Source of the DNA: an uncultured Acidobacteriota bacterium
GTDB lineage: Bacteria; Acidobacteriota; Thermoanaerobaculia; Gp7-AA8
Assembly (NCBI GenBank): GCA_963741955.1
Contig: CAVUKB010000006.1
Location: forward strand, 224,001 to 288,000
Length of the DNA stretch: 64,000 nt
Direction of reading: 5' to 3'
Both the position numbers and the translations under genes were made by a program. Under the pieces are notes generated by a model that worked only from the letters and a program-made list of their open reading frames with translations, was not told the origin of the DNA and searched no databases. Every line of letters begins with the position of its first letter. The first letter of the stretch is position 1. Shown piece after piece: positions 57,094 to 64,000 of the stretch.

Positions 57094-59895
57094 GTGCACA
57101 AACGCTCCTGCATCATTCTGTTACTGTTCGTATTTTCCGTCGGCTCCCTTTATGCCCAGACGCTCCAGGAAGGGAAGTGGATGCAGCTTCCCGGGATGAA
57201 GCTGAAGGGGATGGTGACGCGCGACGCGAACGGAATCGCGCACGTCACAGCCCTCGACACCTGGGATCTCTTCTATCTCCAGGGATACGTCGAGGCGACC
57301 GATCGCTTCTTCCAGATGGATTTCAACCGGAAGGTGGCGAGTGGCCGTCTGGCCGAGATCCTCGGCAGTGCTGCGCTGTCCAACGACGTACAGCTGCGGA
57401 CGCTCGGCCTGCGCCGCGCCGCCGAAGCTTCGCTCGATGTCGCGTCGCCGGAAGCGAAAGACGTCCTGGAAGCCTTCTCCGCCGGAGTGAATCAGTGGCT
57501 CTCGACCCACGCTCTTCCTTCGGAATACGGCCTGCTGCACATCACGAAGTCGGAGCCGTGGTCGCCGGCGGACACGCTGGCCATCGCCAAGCTCCTGGCG
57601 TTCAATCTCGCATTCGATCTCGGAGACATCGACCGGACGGTGGCGCTTCTGACGTACGAAGGCGCGGGTAAGGTCGTCGGGTTCAACGGCGATGCTCTCT
57701 TCTTCGAGGACCTGTTCCGCACTGCGCCGTTCAGCGACGCGGCAACGATGCCCGACGCCGGAGTGCAGCCGCCGTGGGTTCAGGCTCCCGCAACGAACGC
57801 AACACACCGGCTGCGTGCTTCGAAGCGAACCCACGGAGTCACGACCGCTTTCCGCGATTCCGACTCGACCCTGAATCTCGCGCGCGAATACGCGGCGAAG
57901 GTGCGGAACCTTCCTTCGTTCCGCGCGGCATTCGAGAGAGAGAAGCACCCCGGATCCAACGAGTGGGGCATCGCCGGATCGCTGAGTTCGAGCGGCAACG
58001 CACTCCTCGCGAACGATCCTCACCTCTCGCTCGGAACTCCCTCGACGTTCTATCCGATCTACCTTCAGGGAGGCGGGTACGACGTCGCGGGTGAGACCTT
58101 CGCCGGAGCTCCTGCGATCATCCTCGGTCACAATCAGCAGATCGAGTGGGGCGAAACGACGAACTTCTCCGACGTGACCGACGTCTATCAGGAACAGCTC
58201 GTTCCGGATCCTTCGTCGCCGTCGGGTTACAGCTCCATCTACCAGGGAAAGAAGGAACCGGTCGTCCCCATCCCCGAGACGTTCAAGATGAATGCGATGT
58301 CGGGGAGCTCGGACGACATCGTGACGGTCCCGTCGAGTGGCGACGTTCCTCCGGTGACACTCGTCGTTCCGCGGCATGGCCCGATCGTGCAGCTCGATAC
58401 CTCGACCGGCGAGGCGCTCTCGGTCCAGTTCACCGGCCTCTATCCGACGCACGAGATCGAAGCGTTCATCGGAATCGACAAGGCGACGAATCTCGACGAG
58501 TTCCAGAAGGGACTCCAGTATTTCGACTTCGGCTCGCAGAATTTCGCATACGCGGACCGCGCGGGGCACCTCGGGTACTTCACCGCGGGTGAAGTGCCCA
58601 TCCGTGAAGATCTTCAGGCGATGAGCGTCAACGGCGCGCCTCCGATGTTCATCCGTGACGGCATGGGCGGCAACGAATGGATGCCGGTACAGAACCAGCA
58701 GCCGGGACAGGCGATCCCCTACGAGATTCTTCCCGCCAGCGAGATGCCGCACCTCATCGACCCGCCGAACGGATTCTTCGTCAACGCCAACAACGACCCC
58801 ACCGGGGCGACGCTCGACAACAACTCCCTCAATCAGATTCGAGCGGGCGGAGGACTCTACTACTTCGGCCCCGGCTTCGACGGGTTCCGTGCCGGACGCA
58901 TCACACAGCTGATCCAGCAGAAGATCGATGCCGGAGAGAAGTTCGACCTCGACACGCTGAAGAGAATGCAGGCGGACACGGTGCTTCTCGATGCGGAGTA
59001 CTTCGTTCCGAAGATCCTCCAGGCGTGGCAAAAAGCGTCGGCTTCCACCGATCCGGCACTGGCGCAGTTCGCGGCGAACCCGGTGATCTCCGCCGCGATC
59101 CAGCGGCTGCAGGGATGGAATTACGCGACTCCGACCGGCATCCCGCAGGGATATGACGGCACGCCTCTTCCCCCGGACTACAAGACGCGGGACGCGAGCG
59201 TCGCCGCGACGCTCTACACCGCATGGAGAAGCCGTCTGATCGCGAACACCATCGACGCCGTCCTCGACGCCGGAGGCCTGCCGCGTCCCGACAGCGGACT
59301 CACACTCACCGCGCTCGAGCACATCTTCGACGTCTTCGATCAACAGGGAGGTGTCGGTGCGTCGGGCATCAACTTCTTCAACGTGGACGGCGTTTCCAGC
59401 GCTGCGGACCGCCGCGACATCATCGTTCTCGCCAGCCTCGGCGAAGCGATGCAGACGCTCTCCAGCGCGGAATTCGCTCCCGCGTTCGGCGAATCGACCA
59501 ACCTCGACGACTACGAATGGGGAAAGCTCCACCGCCTCTCCCTCGCTCACGTCATGGGATGGCCATTCTCCATTCCAATGGAGTTCGGCTCGTTCCCACC
59601 GCCACTCCCGGGACTCCCGGGCATTCCGGTCGACGGCGGTTTCGAGACCGTCGACGCGTCCTCTTTCAACGTGCGAAATCTTTCGCTCAATGGCTACATG
59701 TACGGAAGCGGTCCGGCGCGTCGCTTCGTCGGCGAAGCCGCCGCGTCAGGAATCAATGCGCAATCGAGTCTCCCGGGAGGAGTGAGCGGAATTCATGGCA
59801 ATCCTCTCTCGACGAATCTCCTCGTGCAGTGGCTGAAGAACGAGACCTACGACCAGTCGCTTCCGCCGGCGTTCTCGCTGCCGTGGATGCCGTAA
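57094..59895 (+). CDS. Penicillin acylase family (Ntn-hydrolase, S45), secreted
   Basis: RDANGIAHV, QGYV.A.DRFFQMD, catalytic PG|SNEW, LANDPHL, NANND, SLPGGVSG. Confidence 0.93.
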   Translation: MHKRSCIILLLFVFSVGSLYAQTLQEGKWMQLPGMKLKGMVTRDANGIAHVTALDTWDLFYLQGYVEATDRFFQMDFNRKVASGRLAEILGSAALSNDVQLRTLGLRRAAEASLDVASPEAKDVLEAFSAGVNQWLSTHALPSEYGLLHITKSEPWSPADTLAIAKLLAFNLAFDLGDIDRTVALLTYEGAGKVVGFNGDALFFEDLFRTAPFSDAATMPDAGVQPPWVQAPATNATHRLRASKRTHGVTTAFRDSDSTLNLAREYAAKVRNLPSFRAAFEREKHPGSNEWGIAGSLSSSGNALLANDPHLSLGTPSTFYPIYLQGGGYDVAGETFAGAPAIILGHNQQIEWGETTNFSDVTDVYQEQLVPDPSSPSGYSSIYQGKKEPVVPIPETFKMNAMSGSSDDIVTVPSSGDVPPVTLVVPRHGPIVQLDTSTGEALSVQFTGLYPTHEIEAFIGIDKATNLDEFQKGLQYFDFGSQNFAYADRAGHLGYFTAGEVPIREDLQAMSVNGAPPMFIRDGMGGNEWMPVQNQQPGQAIPYEILPASEMPHLIDPPNGFFVNANNDPTGATLDNNSLNQIRAGGGLYYFGPGFDGFRAGRITQLIQQKIDAGEKFDLDTLKRMQADTVLLDAEYFVPKILQAWQKASASTDPALAQFAANPVISAAIQRLQGWNYATPTGIPQGYDGTPLPPDYKTRDASVAATLYTAWRSRLIANTIDAVLDAGGLPRPDSGLTLTALEHIFDVFDQQGGVGASGINFFNVDGVSSAADRRDIIVLASLGEAMQTLSSAEFAPAFGESTNLDDYEWGKLHRLSLAHVMGWPFSIPMEFGSFPPPLPGLPGIPVDGGFETVDASSFNVRNLSLNGYMYGSGPARRFVGEAAASGINAQSSLPGGVSGIHGNPLSTNLLVQWLKNETYDQSLPPAFSLPWMP

Positions 59896-59917
59896 CCGGA
59901 AAGGTGGAGGTGAAGAC

Positions 59918-60538
59918 ATGAAGATGATGAAGGTTCAGATACTCGCAGCGGTTCTCGCCATCGCCTCACTCCCCCTTCTGGCGCAGGAAAACCAGGTCAC
60001 GCTGTACGGGTCGAAGGCGATGCTCGGCAGTGGCAGCTCGTCCGGCGCGACGAAGATCGACGTCGGGGACGGCAGCGGATGGGGCATCGCATATTCGCAT
60101 CGATTCGCAGGGCACTTCGGATTCGAGGTTGCGGCGTTCTCCCTCTCCTCGGATGCGAAGGTGGCGGCCGGCGGGCAGACCATCCTCGATCTCGGCTCGC
60201 TCGACTACCGGCCCATCACCGCGGCGGTCCGCTACCACTTCCTCCCACAGGGAGCGTTCGACGCGTATGTCGCTGCGGGCGGCGCGCACGTCAGTGCGGA
60301 CGATCTCTCCAGTTCTGATCTCGATACTGCGGGACTGGGGAAAATCAACGTCGGCAACGACACGACCTGGATGGCCGGAGGCGGCCTGGCGTGGCGCCCC
60401 GGCGCGCATCTGTCGATCGGTGCCGACGCCAGGTACATCCCGTGGAAGCCCGACACGCATTCATCGGTGACCGGCGGGAAGGAGACGCTCGATCTGAATC
60501 CGTGGATCGTGTCGGCCGGAATCGGCTGGCGTTTCTGA
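59918..60538 (+). CDS. OmpW family outer-membrane beta-barrel
   Basis: Signal peptide, P.T...RYHF, YVAAG, LNPWIVSAGIGWRF. Confidence 0.8.
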   Translation: MKMMKVQILAAVLAIASLPLLAQENQVTLYGSKAMLGSGSSSGATKIDVGDGSGWGIAYSHRFAGHFGFEVAAFSLSSDAKVAAGGQTILDLGSLDYRPITAAVRYHFLPQGAFDAYVAAGGAHVSADDLSSSDLDTAGLGKINVGNDTTWMAGGGLAWRPGAHLSIGADARYIPWKPDTHSSVTGGKETLDLNPWIVSAGIGWRF

Positions 60539-60645
60539 CCCCGGCGATCTCACCGGCGCTTTTTCCGAGGGGCGCGGGCTCGCAGGAGCCTGCGTCCTTC
60601 GGGCGCCGCTTCGACGATTGCAATTTCAAACCGAGACTCGAAGAA

Positions 60646-62985
60646 TCACTGCGCCGGAGTCTCCAGCGATTCGAGCAGACGGCATACGACTTTCTCGCGA
60701 CTCCAACCACCGCGGATCGCACCGAGGTAATACGTCGTCCCGACCCGGTCCGGACTGCGACCGAAGATGCGAAGGTAGACCCGATCGAGAAAGTCGCCAT
60801 CACTCAGGCACTCGGCGGGAGGGAGCGAAGAGAGAACCGCCCTCGCCAGTTCATCGCGGCTTCTGATCGCCGACGCCGTGGCTGGATCTTCGCCGAGCCG
60901 CATCAGGAAGAGCTCCCGTTGCGAAACGGTCATTCGATCCGGCTCGGGACAGGCGGACGGATCTCGATCACGCCCAGGCGGTGAAATGTGATCGGGGACG
61001 AAGACCATCGGCACTTCGCGCTCCGATTCCGATGAAGAGTCGGATGAAGAGTCGGAGCCGGAGACCTGGATCCAGTCGAACGCCGCCGCCAGCTCCCGCT
61101 CGTCGTCGGAGCGGTTGCGGTTCGCAGGAGAGGCGGCGTACGCGAGCTCGAAAGAGAACCTGCCGAATCGATCGCTCACCTGTGCGGCGAACGGAAATGC
61201 GATCACAGTCCGCTCCTGCCCGAGTGTGCGCTCGCCGAGCGGCTTCCCGTCGAGAAGGACGCGCATTCGCTGCTCCCGTCCCTGGAGTGGAAACGCGGAA
61301 GCCCGGACGCGAAGCTCGCGCGAGCCCGCAGGAATGGGCATCGTCACGGTCGCTTGCCTGCCAGACCATCGGAAGTGAGATCCTCCCGCGCTCTCAGCGC
61401 CGAACCACCCGCTCGGAAGAAAGGGATCGCAGCTCGAATCGAGATCGAGGCGTCCGTGGTGAGCGATCCTGAAGCTCTGGAAGAAACGCGCACGCTCGGA
61501 AGGCGTGGCACGGTCGCCCAGGAATCGCAGGAGGTCCGGCGCGTAGAAGAGTCTCACTTCCTCGGTTTCATCCCGGTCGATCGGAAGCATCCCACACCCC
61601 CAGCGCCGGGTCCTTTCCGATTCGTCGAATCCCCCCACCACCACCCACGCCCGAGGACGGCGCTCGACTGCGTACCGTGCGAGCGGAACCGAGTCACGAA
61701 CGCTGCGGACGTCCAGCCCACGCCCTTGCTGGCGGAGATAGAACGACAGCGAGACCGAAGCCCAGTCACCGCCGGCAATCACCAGATCGTCCGGGCGAGC
61801 GTGCATTGCGAGCGTCGACGCGATTCCCCGCCAGTCCGCACGCTGAAACGGCTCGACCCGTGCCGCTTCGATCCCGGTGAAAATCAGAGGCGACACGGCC
61901 ACCGTCGCGACGAGAGCGAAGAAAGCTTCCGACCATCTCTGCCTCTTCGACCGCAGTTCGCTCGCGAACCGCGCGATTCCGCCGCATCCAGACGCGGCCA
62001 GGACCAGCACCGGAGGGAGCGCGGTGATGACGTAGCGAAGGGAGAACCAGTGTCCGAGGAGAGCAAGAGAGAGAAGGGTTGCGGCGACCGGAAAGATCGC
62101 GAGCGTCAGGAGGACGGCTTTCGCCGCCTTCGACCGAAGAGCGACGAATCCGGCGAGCACGAGGATCGCTCCCATCAGAGCGATCGGCGAAGGCGCGATC
62201 ATCTCGTGTGCGGTGACGAAGAACCCGTTCACGATTTTTCCGCCGACAGACAGCAGGGTCTCGGAGAAGGGCGCATGAATTCGCCCCCGCGGATATCGTG
62301 CGTAGAAGAGCGCGAGGAATGCGGCGGCCATCATGAGCAGGCCGGACGCCTGCAGCAGCGTCCGCCTTCGGGACGCCGATGGACCGGCGAAGGCCACCAC
62401 TCCCATGGCTGCAACGACCCCGAGGACGAAAGGTGCTGCGCTCGCGGCGGTCGCGACGGCGATGAAGATGGACCCCGCAAGAAGGGCGATCGTGCGCCTT
62501 CCGCGAGAGCCGAAACCGAGCAGCGCCACCACTGAGGCGAGGACGAGAATCGAATACGTGCGGCCCTCCCTCGAATACGCGACGTGAAAGGGGGAGACGG
62601 CGAGGAATAGAGTCGCGAGCAGCGCAGTGAATCTCCGCTCGGTGAGCCGGACTGCGGCGACGAACATGAGCGGCAGCGTCAGGATACCGACGACCACGTC
62701 GGGGAGCCGCCACGCAGCTTCGACGCCGAGTGGCAGGAAGAGTGACGGGAGGTGCACGAGATAGTAGAGCGGACCGTTCTCATGCTCGAAGCCGATCAGC
62801 CACTGAAGGAAGGATGAATGGATCGCTCGACGCGCAATCTCGACGTTGAGAATCTCGTCCAGCCAGAGTGGCGGGACACCGAGGCACCGCAGGCGCAGCC
62901 ACGCACCAAGGACGATGACGACGAGAAGCGCCGCAAGGAGCGCGCGGTCGTCGAACTTCGAAGCTTTCGGGATCGGTGACGGCAT
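60646..62985 (-). CDS. GT39/ArnT-like membrane glycosyltransferase with C-terminal beta domain and DUF4214-like tail
   Basis: LWLDE, GPLYY, SPFHVAYSREGRTYS, DWR; GWFGAE..FRWS..DERELA; FLDRVYLRIFGRSPD..G..YY. Start may be 63027. Confidence 0.8.
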   Translation of the reverse strand: MPSPIPKASKFDDRALLAALLVVIVLGAWLRLRCLGVPPLWLDEILNVEIARRAIHSSFLQWLIGFEHENGPLYYLVHLPSLFLPLGVEAAWRLPDVVVGILTLPLMFVAAVRLTERRFTALLATLFLAVSPFHVAYSREGRTYSILVLASVVALLGFGSRGRRTIALLAGSIFIAVATAASAAPFVLGVVAAMGVVAFAGPSASRRRTLLQASGLLMMAAAFLALFYARYPRGRIHAPFSETLLSVGGKIVNGFFVTAHEMIAPSPIALMGAILVLAGFVALRSKAAKAVLLTLAIFPVAATLLSLALLGHWFSLRYVITALPPVLVLAASGCGGIARFASELRSKRQRWSEAFFALVATVAVSPLIFTGIEAARVEPFQRADWRGIASTLAMHARPDDLVIAGGDWASVSLSFYLRQQGRGLDVRSVRDSVPLARYAVERRPRAWVVVGGFDESERTRRWGCGMLPIDRDETEEVRLFYAPDLLRFLGDRATPSERARFFQSFRIAHHGRLDLDSSCDPFLPSGWFGAESAGGSHFRWSGRQATVTMPIPAGSRELRVRASAFPLQGREQRMRVLLDGKPLGERTLGQERTVIAFPFAAQVSDRFGRFSFELAYAASPANRNRSDDERELAAAFDWIQVSGSDSSSDSSSESEREVPMVFVPDHISPPGRDRDPSACPEPDRMTVSQRELFLMRLGEDPATASAIRSRDELARAVLSSLPPAECLSDGDFLDRVYLRIFGRSPDRVGTTYYLGAIRGGWSREKVVCRLLESLETPAQ

Positions 62986-63078
62986 CTCGGACGGCTCTCC
63001 GGATCGGGAGATGCCGAATGATCGCACGGACCGGAGAGGCCCAGGGGAAACAACAGCCGCACGCGCGGCGCGGGGTCG

Positions 63079-63885
63079 TCAGGGCTTTCTCGCCAGGATG
63101 AAATCCTGAAAGCTCATGAACTCGCTTCGGAATGACCACCCTCCGTAGCGGATCTCGGCGACGGGAACCCCGTACCTCGCGAGAGCCTCCCGTACCGCTC
63201 GTTCGTCGAGGCCGATCGCCCGCTCCGGATCGTCCTCGTCCTGGACCGCGTACTGAGAATCCACCGCGGTCAGCTGCGGAGTGGTGTGACCCATCATCGG
63301 ACGGCTCTGGTCATTGAGGAGAAAGAACGAACCGACGAATCGTCCTCCCGGTTTCAGCACTCGTGCGATCTCGGAGAGATAGTGGTCGCCCGCTCCGGGA
63401 GTCAGGTGCGTGAAGAGAGATGCGGCGAAGACGAGATCGACCGAGCCCGTGGCGTACGGAAAGCGGAGATCTTCGGCTGCGATTGCGCCGCGCGGGTTGT
63501 AGTGACGGTTGCGAACGTCGATCCGGCTGAAGTGAAAGTTCGCGTGTGCGGATTCGATGTGCTTCCGGCACCAGGCGATTCCCCGGCGATCGATGTCGAA
63601 GCCGGCGTACTCGCCGTCTTTCAGGAAATCGAGAAGAGGGACTGCGAGGCGCCCGATGCCGCATCCCGCATCGACGATGCGCTCGTGGGGCTTCAGTTCT
63701 CCGAGCTCGATGGCGATCGACGCGAGCTGGCGTCCGATCTCGAGGAAATCGAATCCGCCGATCCTGTGCACCTCGCGGCGAGGCGGGACCATTGGCGGCC
63801 GGCGCCTCAGAATGGTGTCGGTCAGGTCGAGAACGGCGAGCCGGGTCACGCGCAGGCTCTCGCGTGCACGGGAGAGGGTACTCAT
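63079..63885 (-). CDS. Class I SAM-dependent methyltransferase
   Basis: IVDAGCGIGR, GFDID, FPY..GSVDLVFAASLFTH, RVLKPGG. Confidence 0.92.
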   Translation of the reverse strand: MSTLSRARESLRVTRLAVLDLTDTILRRRPPMVPPRREVHRIGGFDFLEIGRQLASIAIELGELKPHERIVDAGCGIGRLAVPLLDFLKDGEYAGFDIDRRGIAWCRKHIESAHANFHFSRIDVRNRHYNPRGAIAAEDLRFPYATGSVDLVFAASLFTHLTPGAGDHYLSEIARVLKPGGRFVGSFFLLNDQSRPMMGHTTPQLTAVDSQYAVQDEDDPERAIGLDERAVREALARYGVPVAEIRYGGWSFRSEFMSFQDFILARKP

Positions 63886-64000
63886 GGCGCGAAGCATAGA
63901 ACGAATCGTCCGTCTGCACGTCAGGGCTTACGAAGGCCGGCGCGCGCGAGGCGCCGCGTGTAGTCTCGGATGTCTTCCGGCCATGACCGGGTCAGGCGCG

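Overview
GC-rich bacterial chromosomal window. The gene repertoire suggests Acidobacteriota, possibly Thermoanaerobaculia (inference, not tested). It has about 50 protein-coding genes and no rRNA, tRNA, CRISPR array or intact transposase. Ordinary content includes an OPT transporter, MPG glycosylase, SuhB, a complete rrf2-sufBCDSUT operon, exosortase H, a LigC-type ligase, a penicillin acylase and OmpW. Three things stand out. (1) A co-oriented minus-strand cluster at 47.4-56.6 kb: Cys-rich PAS-LuxR regulator, Cyc2-like cytochrome-porin, type-1 copper protein, FAD/Fe-S NAD(P) oxidoreductase, Rieske, split cytochrome b6/subunit IV, 8-heme cytochrome c and monoheme cytochrome c. This reads as a candidate outer-membrane-to-NAD(P)(H) electron conduit. 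(2) A 2.3 kb non-coding array at 12.9-15.2 kb of 11 units (mostly about 235 bp), each a conserved core between inverted REP-like hairpins and joined by heptamer linkers. (3) Two related families of dispersed long-hairpin elements (one 181 bp when intact) whose stems differ but whose internal loops are conserved; the intact family also has a K-turn-like motif. All functional calls come from motif recognition by eye; no database searches were run.
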